Below, in pieces: positions 34,799 to 46,000 of a stretch of DNA of 48,938 nt (positions are counted from its first letter, which is position 1; every line of letters begins with the position of its first letter). This DNA is from Nemertoderma westbladi. Taxonomy: Eukaryota; Animalia; Xenacoelomorpha. The stretch is taken from the NCBI GenBank assembly GCA_032718475.1, contig JAUCBJ010002848.1:1-48938 (forward strand), in the 5' to 3' direction. The position numbers and the translations under genes were made by a program. The notes beneath the pieces were generated by a model. It saw only the letters and a program-made list of their open reading frames with translations. It searched no databases and was not told where the DNA came from.

Positions 34799-34896
34799 CA
34801 CAGCACAAACAAATAATACAGTAATACGGATACAGCACAAACAAATAATACAGCAATACGGATACAGCACAAACAAATAATACAGCAATACAGCAC
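34799..34896. repeat. Short 32-bp tandem repeat (~3 copies) TACAGCACAAACAAATAATACAGCAATACGGA
   Basis: Directly visible, just downstream of the Bcl-2-like stop codon. Confidence 0.8.
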
Positions 34897-35140
34897 TAAT
34901 ACATACTTGTAAAATTTATTAAGGGGAATAAATTGATCAGAACAAGAAACTACTGAGTCTTTGTCGGTCTGTAAGTAAAACTACAATTAATTAAAGCGAC
35001 GAACGATTAGTATTACTATCTAGTGGTGCAGACAAACTCGTAACAGATTAACTTATAAACAGATTATCTGTAATGGAAGGAAACGTAAAGGCAAGATAAT
35101 ACGACAGTGATTATATAAATATATTGGCAGGATGAGGAGA

Positions 35141-36454
35141 TCACTTTTGTCTGAAGATATTAATAACTCCCGCGACCAGTAGAGATATAGTCGGGACCAG
35201 ATTGTTCCAATGGAACATTCCCCGCAACTCTTCCCCGGGACTTTCAGTATTTTCCCCGCTGTTTTCCCGCTCTACCGGAGCCGCCATTCCCCTGCTGGAG
35301 TCGACCTCCGCGAGTGTCTCCTCCAACTCGTTGTTGTACATCAACGAGACCGGTGGAGTGGACGGCGGTGTTACTATATCGGATACGACTACCTTGGTGA
35401 GCGCCCCCCAGCCGCCCTGCTCCGTAATAAACTCAACCGCTCTCTCGGCCAGCAGCTCAACCGTAAAGGTAGCGAGATCCGACAGACTCCTGCGGGACCG
35501 TATCAGCGCTGTGTGCGCCACCTGGCGACTGATACCCACCATCAGGGCGAGTTGGGCCCACCGATTCAGCCCTAAAGACGACATTAGGGCTTCATCGCCT
35601 ACTATGTCCTTAAACACCTCGTAACTTATCGCCCCGGGTTGGGCGGATAGCAGCTTGGCAACCGGTTGCTGCATCAACCAAGGTGCATTGAGGAGTATAT
35701 CATCCCCAATGAGCGCTAACTTCCGCGCTAGGTCGGTCGTTATGTCGGGAGACGGTACCGTCCATCCTGCCTGGTTCATGACGTACTCCATGGTGGCGAT
35801 CTTCCCGTTACAAACATCCAGCAACGGGTTCCGCTGTACGAACAACGAGGGACGGCGGAGCCGGTCCCGTGCCGGACCCTCCGGCATCTCGGACAGCATC
35901 TCCTGGTCGGAGAGCCGCGAGAAGGAGATCCGAGAGGGCGATGGGATTCCTTCGTCGGTGGAACTGCGAGAGGAAACCATGGAGGAGTCCGCGGTGTTAA
36001 GGAGGTTGGTATCCGAGTTGTAATTAACGGAGTTCAAACTCGGCATATTATCGGAATCGTCTTCGTACGGGTCTATATTAATGACGGGTGCAGATTGCTG
36101 GTGATCACTAATCCGTCTGTCCGGGGTGCCACCAACCCGACGGTCCGGGGTGTCACTGATCCTGTGGTCTATCTCATTGGACACTGACTGCAGACGGTCC
36201 AGCAACAGCATCTCGGATTGTCCCTCCGAACTGAATATACTCTCCTCATCGGAAAACCCGTCCACGACATCGCTCGGAAACTGTTCCAACAGGCCCGGCC
36301 GTGGGTCGTCATGCGGCAGCCAACCCAAGGTTTTCAGTACGATCAGTGACGTCTGTAGTATGTAATCATCGTTGCCATCTGAAGGACCACCGAGAAAGCT
36401 GTGAGCTGGGGCTCCCGGACTACATGTAGGACTGTCTTTCCTTGTTCGAGACAT
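35141..36454 (-). CDS. Multi-domain Bcl-2 family protein, BCL2L13 (Bcl-rambo)-like, intronless ORF of 437 aa
   Basis: BH3 LARKLALIGDDI; divergent BH1 LNRWAQLALMV; BH2 FITEQGGWGAL; C-terminal tail anchor LVPTISLLVAGVINIF followed by RQK. N-terminal YILQTSLIVLKTLG resembles the BCL2L13 helix-1 motif (FHYETKYVVLSYLG). Orthology is not established. Confidence 0.85.
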   Translation of the reverse strand: MSRTRKDSPTCSPGAPAHSFLGGPSDGNDDYILQTSLIVLKTLGWLPHDDPRPGLLEQFPSDVVDGFSDEESIFSSEGQSEMLLLDRLQSVSNEIDHRISDTPDRRVGGTPDRRISDHQQSAPVINIDPYEDDSDNMPSLNSVNYNSDTNLLNTADSSMVSSRSSTDEGIPSPSRISFSRLSDQEMLSEMPEGPARDRLRRPSLFVQRNPLLDVCNGKIATMEYVMNQAGWTVPSPDITTDLARKLALIGDDILLNAPWLMQQPVAKLLSAQPGAISYEVFKDIVGDEALMSSLGLNRWAQLALMVGISRQVAHTALIRSRRSLSDLATFTVELLAERAVEFITEQGGWGALTKVVVSDIVTPPSTPPVSLMYNNELEETLAEVDSSRGMAAPVERENSGENTESPGEELRGMFHWNNLVPTISLLVAGVINIFRQK

Positions 36455-37939
36455 AATAGTTACGTACCAATTTTCATAAAGTCTCCCTTTTAGCCAACCG
36501 GTACAGTCTTAACTTACTGACTTACCCTAATGTTTATTATAATTGATACAATAACAGCTCAACTCGTCAACACTCTGACACTTCAGTAAACTTTACCTAA
36601 CTGCTGACAGGCTGAACTGTCTGACTGTCACAGTATCATTGTATCAAATCAAGGTCACAAATGAAAATGTAAGTACCTACTGACCTAACCAAAGAGTTCA
36701 TATGGTATCTATTTTATTTAGTATCTACTGGTGACTGAACCTTCTGACTGACCCTGCACCCATCAGCCCATGACCTTGCAGCCTTGACCTACCCCAGACT
36801 GCCAGAAGCCAGAACTCCCTCAGCAGCTAAGTACAGTCATACTCGGGTACTACCCTGCCGTAGTACACCTAACCTAATTCAAGTTATTACTTTCAGAACA
36901 GAAAAATGGCAGTCAACGCAGCACACGCATGCACCCATGCACGCAGTCATGCGGTTCTAGGTGCTAGGCCTATCACATTTGAGGCACAGTTATTTGATTT
37001 AATTTTTTTACGTCAACAACAAAGTACAGCACTAAGCTGATAAAACCACGATGCACAGCTTTACAGGCCTTTCCTTTCTCCCTCGCCATTTTGGGATAGA
37101 TTTAACCCGAATTCTACCCGGTACACATGGTACAATCTGACAATGCACGCAATCATCATATCATCGGCCTGTCAGCTTATACACATTGCAGAACAACGAA
37201 CACTGGAACAACTGAGTAGCCTAATAATAAAGAACCTGGAAAAAATTCCCATTATATACCGGTACCAGTTATATTTTTGAATGATGAGTGATGATTGGTT
37301 CCTTTCTCAGCTGACTGAATAAATCGGTGACGACACAAAGCAAATAATTTTATTTAGATACAGTACTGTTAATGAATTGTTTGCCAGAACAACAATGTTG
37401 GAGTCGTTGGTGTAGTATGGTAGTAGTGGTAGTGGTATGGTAGAGTCGCTGACAAGCTAAGGTTGACTCAAGTACGACTCATGCTAAACTGTACCTACGT
37501 ACATGCCATAATCTTTATTTATTGCATCTTGCATGGCGTTGGCGTTCTATAGATATTTGATAAGTAGGAAGAACAGATTAAAATGGTGTGTCACAATCTC
37601 CCAATACACTAGAATCTGATTTGATATTGTTGGTTATATTTCCCATAGCATTAAATGGCGCTTGGTTTCCAAAATTAATTTCCTTAATTTCCAAAATTAG
37701 TTGATTATGTGCTTTTAATTTATTATCATAATGGTGTCGGAAAACTTCCAACAAATAGCCTTAATTGGCAAGTTTGTTTATGTTTCTTCGTATAGTAATA
37801 GTTGCTTAATAATCAATCATCAATCTGTAATGGAACCATGTCTTTAGTTTACATTGCTAGATACATTTCCAGATACGATATATACTGTATTTACCAGAAA
37901 ATGCCTCATTTGGTTAGTATTTGTTGCATGGGGCCTCTA

Positions 37940-38469
37940 AATAATCTCGATCGTGACGGGTTAAAAAAAATTACAGTTTTGAACCTAATCACATGGAAGT
38001 TTTTTATATGATAGATCAAAGATGGGGCAACATAACTATCAGGCGAAATTTTGTTAAAATAATTCTGCACCGTTAGGTGGCGCTGCAAATTTATGCTAAT
38101 TTTTAGGTTTGTTATAAATACTGTAGTATTAAATTTTATTAACAAAAAATTTCGACAAGTTGTCTGTTACTTTATGCAGGGTGGCTATGTCGACACCCAC
38201 AGAAAGTTTCAGACTAATTACTCAAAAATTGTAGAAGTAGTAGGGTTTTGAAGTTGACAATTTCATAAAAAAAAATATTTGGAGATAATCGACCTTTCAT
38301 TATACTTAGTAATAGTAATTTCAATAGGATTCCCTAAATGGAAATTTACATAACTTGAAAACTAAAAGAGCTATTAAATAGCGGTTTTCAGATTTGGAAA
38401 CACCATTCAATGGTGCATTATAATAGACCATAAAAAAAATTTCGACATATTTTGGACCAAAATGGTGTA

Positions 38470-38500
<31 letters not shown>

Positions 38501-38504
38501 TTAA
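37940..38504. mobile_element. Kolobok-like element remnant (right end)
   Basis: GGTTTTCAGATTTG...GACCAAAATGGTGTA-polyC-TTAA resembles the right end of 9936-11002. Confidence 0.45.
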
Positions 38505-38545
38505 AAGTTATTATATTGGCTTAAACCTTCGTAAAAATAACAAAA

Positions 38546-38672
38546 CTGAGATATTTCTATACAGGGGAGTGCGCGCCCAGAGAGACACTTTCAATCTGAG
38601 ACATTTCTACTGAGATATTTCTATACAGGGGAGTGCGCGCCCAGAGAGACACTTTCAAACTGAGACATTTCT
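38546..38672. repeat. ~62-bp direct tandem duplication
   Basis: ACTGAGATATTTCTATACAGGGGAGTGCGCGCCCAGAGAGACACTTTCAA occurs twice. Confidence 0.9.
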
Positions 38673-38821
38673 CTACGAGAGTCACACGATAAATTTTCTG
38701 GTTCACTTACATTTAATTTTCAGGATTGTTACTTATTTAATTTAATTAAAGAAATGCCCTTTTCAAGGGCATTGATTTGTTTTTACACTGAGGTGGGAAT
38801 ATTGGGTCAATAAATATTAAT

Positions 38822-40357
38822 GCCTATTATCAAAGATAAAAACGCTAGTATGAGTGAACGTTTGAATTACCGACCCATAGCCAAAGCTAAAGCTGGCTCT
38901 AAGGTTTTGGAAACGTGTTTGCTTCGGCTCGTTGCCATGCATTCCAATATATCTGACAACCAGTTTGGTTTTGCAGAGGGCCTAGGTACAGAAATGTGTA
39001 TTTTTGCCTTAAAACAAACAATTCACTTATATTATTAGTAAAGACTCACCTGTGTGTGTATACTGCCTTCTTAGACGCCTCGAAAGCGTTTGACCGCGTC
39101 AATCATAGTAAACTTTTTCGAAAGCTAATTGAACTTGGTGTATCTATTGGTATTGTAAGACTCTTGGCCTTTTGGTATTCCCATCAACTAATTTATATTA
39201 GCTGGGGTTCTGCTTCTTCCGGTGCATTTTTGGTTTCAAATGGTGTCCGTCAAGGAAGTTTGCTCAGCCCCATCTTATTTAACATTTATATGAATGACTT
39301 AAGTGTAGAACTAAACAAAATGTAAAGTTGGAAAGAGTCTTTTAAATCACTTATTTTACGCGGATGACCTGTGTTTACTGTCGCCGAGTATTTTTGGGTT
39401 ACGTGCACTGGTCAAGATATGTGAGCGTTACGGCGCTAAATTTGATATTTTGTTCAATCCACTCAAATCACACTGTTTGTATTTTATGCCCTATCGTTTT
39501 CACCGTGCAGGCGACATCTATCTCAATGGAAAACCGTTAGACTGTCTTAAGCAGGTTTCTTACTTGGGACATAAGCTGTGACCTTTCTGATGAAGCAGAC
39601 ATAAATAAAATTAAATCTTACGGAGCCCCTAAAGGGACATGGGTCCCCCTTTTTTTTTAAGTCCGGCCCGGAGATACTATCTCAGGCCCGGAGATACTAA
39701 GTCCGGCCCGGAGATACTATCTCAGGGCCTGAGATAGTATCTCCGGGCCGGACTTAGAAAAAAAAGGGGGAAACCCATGTCCCTTTAGGGGCTCCGTAAA
39801 ATCTTCTTTATTTTGTCGAGGTAATTTGTTAGTTAGAAATTTCTCTCGGTGTTCTCTTGGTGTTAAACTATGTTTGTTCAAAACTTATTGCTACAGTTTA
39901 TATTGCAGCTCTTTGTGGTCTATTTTCTGTGTTCAAACTTTGCGACAAGTGAAAGTAGCCTATAACATGTGTTTTCGTCTGTTGTTTAAATACTCCCGCA
40001 GTGACGATGCAGACACAATTTTTGTTAATAATAGAGTAAATACCTTTAAGGCCATTATGCGCAAATCTATATTTTCCTTGTTAAATAGAGTAAATAACTC
40101 AGGTAATACGCTAATTGGTGCCATTATAACTAATTTTTCAGTGAACTCTGTTCTGATTGATCGGTGGCACAAGGTGCTTGATCCAAGTTTAACGTAATTA
40201 TCGTATTCGGAATACATTGTTAAATTTCCTTTATTTTCGTATTTGGTGTAATTCTACTTTAATGTGCTGTGTTTCTCAAATTTAGTTTAGTTAGTTCTGC
40301 CTTGTATGTACAATGGATCGTTTGTGTCCGAGATTATAAATAAATAAATAAATAAAT
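38822..40357 (+). mobile_element. 5'-truncated, frameshifted non-LTR retrotransposon (reverse transcriptase; RTEX-like by inference)
   Basis: NYRPIA, NQFGF, FLDASKAFDRVNH, GVRQGSLLSPILFNIYM, FYADDL and YLG motifs; (TAAA)n tail at 40337-40357; candidate target-site duplication AATAAATATTAAT at 38809-38821 and 40351-40363. Confidence 0.92.
39619..39798. mobile_element. 180-bp MITE with 6-bp TSD (IS3EU-like) inserted in the LINE
   Basis: TIR TACGGAGCCCCTAAAGGGACATGGG / CCCATGTCCCTTTAGGGGCTCCGTA; AAATCT duplicated at 39613-39618 and 39799-39804; internal GGCCCGGAGATACTA repeats. Confidence 0.9.
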
Positions 40358-41561
40358 ATTAATATTATAACGTAAAACTGTGTTTTATGAATTATGACCT
40401 AAAGATAAGGAATGTTATATAAAGTACCTAATAATAATAATATAAAGTATTATATCATTAAGGTACATACAGTATGTGAGGGTAGGGGGAGAGGGGGTGG
40501 GGGTGTTTTGAAGTTACATGGAAACTGACTATGCTTAAACACAAACGACGAATTAGTAATATTACAGTACTACAGGAAATCGCGTCACTGCATTGTATAA
40601 TCTGCATTTTTCTGCAAAAAATAATTTATATTAATTTTCCAAATTCCTCCCTAAAGAGGTTAGCAACTTGAAATATTTATAGTTCATTAAACTTATTCTA
40701 GTGTAGGTTATTATTTACGTATAACATTTGGCTTGCGGAATTCTAATTCATAACCATCATTATGACCCAATTTAATAGACGACCTTCAGTTTTATGCTCA
40801 TTTACATGAATTCCTGGCCTTTACTTATTCAGTAGAAGCCAAAACCATCAGTATTATATATTCAGATAGAAGGGGGGGGGGGGGGGGAATAGACGCAAAG
40901 CAAAATGGCAAATGGCAAACAAGCAAATTAAAACTCTAACCTGTTCTATTGTGCATAATTTATTGTTTTGGTTAAAATAACGTGCCACTGTAACTTGCTC
41001 CTTTCCCTAAATTTTGAATTTAACATTCAGGCGGAATAATAATTCGCCAAGGCGAAATTTGCCTCCAGCGTCCAGCCCCCCCCCCCCCCCTTCTCTGTAT
41101 ATTGTAACTAATAGTATCAATAAACTTGGTCGTTATAGATAAATTAACGTGTTTGGACCTTGGACCACTGGTCCACAGCATGAATATACTCTATAAACAT
41201 TTAATAATAGACACATGTGCTTGAATATAACTTTATTTGTTTTCGTCTGGACTCACATGTTTATGTCTAATGATTGACAATGATGTTGTCATTTGGGGAA
41301 CAATTCGAGGATGTTCTGTCGCTGAGTGAAGGAATTAAGCCTACCTTGCATAAACGAGAAAGGGGGAGGGGGGGGGGGGGGGGGGGGGTGGCCCAACTCC
41401 AATGTAGAAATATTAGAATTTGGGATCATGGGATTTGGAATTAAGGAATTTAGAACTAAAGAATTGTGAGGTTGAACTATACTGTAATCCTAATTTAGGA
41501 TTTAGAAATAAGAAATTTGGGATCTGTAACTAAAGAATTTGGAAGTAAGGAAATTTATTAG

Positions 41562-42124
41562 TAAAGGTACAGGTTACAGAGCGGGTGGATGGAACCAAAA
41601 CAATAAACAAAAGTAAACACGTGTTACAAGCTGATGCTGCTTAGTAAAGGGGCATGTTATAGAGACGGGTGTGTATGGAACCAAAACAATAAATAAAAGT
41701 AAACGTGTTGCAAGAATATATGCGGGTTAGTAAAGGAGCAGGTTATAGAGGCGGGTGTGTATGGAACCAAAACAATAAATAAAAGTAAACGTGTTGCAAG
41801 AATATATGCGGGTTAGTAAAGGAGCAGGTTATAGAGGCGGGTGTGTATGGAACCAAAACAATAAATAAAAGTAAACGTGTTGCAAGAATATATGCGGGTT
41901 AGTAAAGGAGCAGGTTATAGAGGCGGGTGGGTGGATGGCACCAAAACAATAAATAAAAGTAAACGTGTTGTAAGAATATATGCGGGTTAGTAAAGGAGCA
42001 GGTTATAGAGGCGGGTGTGTATGGAACCAAAACAATAAATAAAAGTAAACGTGTTGCAAGAATATATGCGGGTTAGTAAAGGAGCAGGTTATAGAGGCGG
42101 GTGGATGGATGGCACCAAAACAAT
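41562..42124. repeat. 86-bp tandem repeat (~6 copies)
   Basis: ATGGAACCAAAACAATAAA recurs at 41675, 41761 and 41847. Confidence 0.93.
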
Positions 42125-42184
42125 ATTAGTAATGATGTTAAAGCGGGGAGATTAAACATTAAAGATTTTAAAGGCCGACACTCA

Positions 42185-42397
42185 CTGGTAAAGTTAAAAT
42201 AGAACCATATTGAAAGCCATATTCCTGTAGCAAAATTAACGCTGGTGCCAGGATTCGAACCAGGGACCTTTCACAAACCGTGAGATATAAGAGATATCAC
42301 ACGGTTTCTGAGAGGTCCCTGGTTCGAATCACGGTCCCAGCGTTAATTTTTCAACAGCTGCATATCTTTCAATATGGTTCTATTTGAACTTTACCAG
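42185..42397. repeat. Palindrome made of two head-to-head tRNA-like (B-box) arms
   Basis: CTGGTAAAGTT..ATAGAACCATATTGAAAG...GATTCGAACCAGGGACCT mirrored by AGGTCCCTGGTTCGAATC...CTTTCAATATGGTTCTAT..AACTTTACCAG. Confidence 0.8.
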
Positions 42398-42659
42398 AGA
42401 CTCGAGTTTATTGTTACGCTAATTTTACTAGGTTTAATTTTTTGCGCAACGATTGTATTTTCTTTTACGCTAATTTGTACTGTATGTTTTATTGTATGTG
42501 TCGACAATAATAACTTTTACGCTAATTTGTACTGTCCATTTTATTGTTTATATTGTTTGTAATAGCTATAATTTTAACACTTATGCTATTTTTGTACTGC
42601 GCTATTTGTTATTATAACATTTTTGTTGGGCACAGCTTTTGCAAAGTCGGCAATGACGT

Positions 42660-42726
42660 CTACGTGGAATCGAACTGGTGACCTCCGAGTTGGAAGTCTG
42701 ACGCTCTAACCATTCATCTAGCGGCT
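42660..42726 (-). pseudogene. tRNA-like sequence (TCC loop, Gly-like), degenerate or SINE head
   Basis: Minus strand GCTAGATGAATGGTTAGAGCGTCAGACTTCCAACTCGGAGGTCACCAGTTCGATTC. A- and B-box-like motifs are present but the stems are mismatched. Confidence 0.45.
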
Positions 42727-42759
42727 CAGGTAAAAGGTAGAGCTGAAAATACTATCTGA

Positions 42760-43020
42760 TACCTTGTGGGGCGAGCCACGAAGTGAGTGAGCCTTAGCGT
42801 AGTGGTACCATTAATCAACCTGTCGTTCTGTCGTTCTGTCGTTCTGTCGTTCTGTCGTTCTGTCGTGTTCAATTTTAAACGTTAATAACTCGGCCAATCT
42901 TTGATGAAATCTATCCAAACTTGGTACACATGTTGTATGGCAAAAGTTTAGAAATTTTCCAAGTAGAATTTCCGTGTGGCCTTCGAGAAGCTAAGATAAT
43001 AGCAGTTAATTAGTTAATTA
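42760..43020 (+). mobile_element. Helentron/DINE-1-like non-autonomous element with (CTGTCGTT)n microsatellite
   Basis: Short GC-rich GCGAGCC...GTGAGCC head, an 8-bp microsatellite at 42820-42865, then AATAACTC...AAACTTGGTACACATG, a layout typical of these elements. Confidence 0.5.
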
Positions 43021-46000
43021 AGTTGATTACGGTAAAAACACCATTTTCAACCTGCCTTTTAAAGGAAATTAATTGTTTTACAGTATAAGACTTCAATAAT
43101 TATACTTAAAAAATATACAGATGTAATCCGCATACTCCATTCTATTATAGTTTTTAATTAGTTCAAGTGATTTGCTTTAATAATCGTGTCTTTAATTGAT
43201 CTAAAGTAATTAAACCGGCATAAAAAATGTATTCTCATTAAATACTGCTCATTTATTGGTTAACATCCAAGTTGGCTTGATTCCCAGCAACACTTGAGGT
43301 ATTCAGTCAGCCTTGCTTGTAAGAGGCAGACTGCTGCTGCTGCTAGTAGCCATCCATTCACTCACTCTCCATTGAACTGGCTGATTGGAGGTGTGTGTGT
43401 ATCGGGTTCAATGACATTAATATTATTACTAAAGTAACGTCGGGATGTTAATATTCACTGGAGCTATGAGTCTCTCTGGTTAGTTGAATGAATGAAATAA
43501 ATAATTGTTTTACTGTTCCGAATATCAATGTTTATTTCTGTAGGCCAACTTACTGTATTATTATTTAATCTAAATGTACATAATAGTTTAAATAAATTAT
43601 TTCACAATTTCATTCCAATTCATACTGCTTACGCAACCATGCTAATTAGGTATATTAAATGGCAGGATTGTTTTTAATTAAAATTTTTACAGAGCAAACA
43701 AGTATATTGTATTTAACTGAAAGTTAATTTATTTCGGTAAGTAGGCCTTGCGGTTTGTTAGTTTAGTTAGTATAATAAGTATCAAATATATTACGTGCTG
43801 CTGTACAGTAAACGCGGCTTTGCGTTATTGAATTACAGAATTGGCGGTACAAAGTACATTAATAGGGATCAGGCATATTGCATTTATATAATTGTTGTTG
43901 TAAATGTACAATAATATGCGCCACTTTTATTTTAGTAACTGCAATGTGTATTTCATTTGTACCTGCAACCCATTAAAAAGGGCAGCTGAACATATCGCGG
44001 ACAGGCTGACTATTCACCATAACAAAAAAACCCAAATCGCCGCAGTTCCACTTACAGTTCCATATTATTCTGTTTTGCAATTCAACCCAATTTATCTGCT
44101 CTCTGCTACACGCGGTTTTATCCACGAGTTTTGTAAAGTCCCGACTTATCGGGAATGACATGAACTTAGCGTCCGGAATATTCTGATCAGATTAAATCTA
44201 CTTGGCGCTGTAATACTGCATCCCGTTGTACCAGAAGTTATTAAAACATACCGGCCCCTCAAATGCGCTTGCAGTGGGTTAGAGAACAACATATACCGCC
44301 CCAGTACAACCGCTATTTTGATAAGGTCCAATATATAATATATATATATGGTCTAACATATGATAGTTCACTAATCAGCTAATAGGCCTATTAATTCGTG
44401 AGATTTCAATTTATAAATAAAACTAATATACGAGCTCATATGAGCTCAATTGATTGATTGATTGAAGGTATGACCGTTGTTGTGGGGGACTAGGTCTACC
44501 TGTCTAGCAGCTAATAACTCGTCCGTGGAGAGAATAATATAAGTCGAGGAACATAACGAAACGCGTTTAATTTATTTATTTATTCCAATTGGGGATGCTT
44601 TCTAACGCGGGAATGCGGTGCTATTAAACATCAACACATTCCTGCGCGTGCGTCGATATTGTGCACCCTAATACTAACAACCCACCCAGACACCCCCTAC
44701 CCCTCACCCCCCCCCCCCCCCCCCCCCATCACCCAACATTACTATGTATAGATCAATGCAGCTCAATATATTAGTAAAGGTATCGTCTGATTAGCTTTCC
44801 TACACATGACCTCTTATCCTTGTAGTTGTTTATTTATTTACACTATTTTTTGTTGAGTAAATCTTTCTGATAGGGGGGGGGGGGGGGGGGGGGGGGACTT
44901 ACTCTGGACGAGCGCAACGATTGAACGACGCTTATAATAATTAAGACGAGTACGGCGTTGATTATATTCATATACACCACCTGGCTTTGCATATTTAACG
45001 TGCGATTGGAAATAAGTTCGTTCTACCCTTCCGTGGGTGGTAGATGTCACGGTTATGTATTGGTGGTTGAGAAGGGTGGGGGGGGGGGGGGGATTAAAAG
45101 GGGTGAACACGTACTGTCCCCCTTTCTTTGATTGATTGGTGGTGTGGGTAAATTTCTCAAAACCTGATTTTGTGATACAGTCGCTTAATTTTAATTTGTA
45201 TCTCATAACTGGACCTCGTGCTGCGCGAAGGCCCCACGAACGTGTACTGTACTGTATGTCCGCAATTTATCTCATAATGGCATCCATCTGTCAATACCAT
45301 CATATGCTGCCACTGTTCTCAACTCTACAGTACTTGGCCGTCTTTAACCACTCGCTACAATGAAAGGGTAGTGTATATTAACCACTATTTGTTATGTTAT
45401 TTGTACTGTTTGTAAGGTAAGCTCCTTAATGTACTTGTTTTGTAAATTTGAGGCTATACATAGAAATGCATTATTATTATTATTATTAATATTACTGCCT
45501 CAGAATCGACCCGTCGCTTTAGTTAAGCACGGCACAATCGCGAGTTGACTTAAATATTCGTACGATATCCAATACGTACGATCAATATGTACGGCAACAA
45601 TCGTTCGTAAAATTATGTATTTTACTCTCAGTGCTGCAATATTATTTTGTTACTACGAACATTATCATTTGTTAAAGTATTTACGTTTAATCTTAAATTC
45701 ATATGATTAATCGTAATGTTATATTCACACTCGCCCAGTCGTTGTGATTGTGACCACCTTTCGACCACCAGTCTAATAATAGTTTTACTCATAAAACAAA
45801 TATTATTATCAGTAGGTAATTTGCGACATCAACGTAGTTTACGAAGGTTCATTAATCGATATTTTAATCGTTTTTACAGCGAACAATACGAGATGGGTAT
45901 AGATTCGCACTACATGGTTACATAATAATATGTCCTGGCGAGGCTGATCCGACCTCGGCCAATTAAATCTCGTTAAATTGTTACTTAATTGTTAAATTCT

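Noticed and set aside
35202-36365. Plus-strand ORFs overlapping the Bcl-2-like gene
   Set aside because: Antisense shadows.
6851-36454. Globin, APC1 and Bcl-2-like gene as a functional cluster or operon
   Set aside because: Same strand but separated by 7-10 kb of repeats; nothing in the sequence supports co-regulation.
34362-42726. Functional tRNA genes at 34362-34440 and 42660-42726 (also 29186-29270)
   Set aside because: A and B boxes are present but acceptor and anticodon stems do not pair; better explained as SINE heads or pseudogenes.
9263-45092. Numerous poly-G/poly-C runs as a G-quadruplex regulatory system
   Set aside because: Several lie at ends of non-autonomous transposons, and homopolymer lengths are unreliable in assemblies; no independent support.
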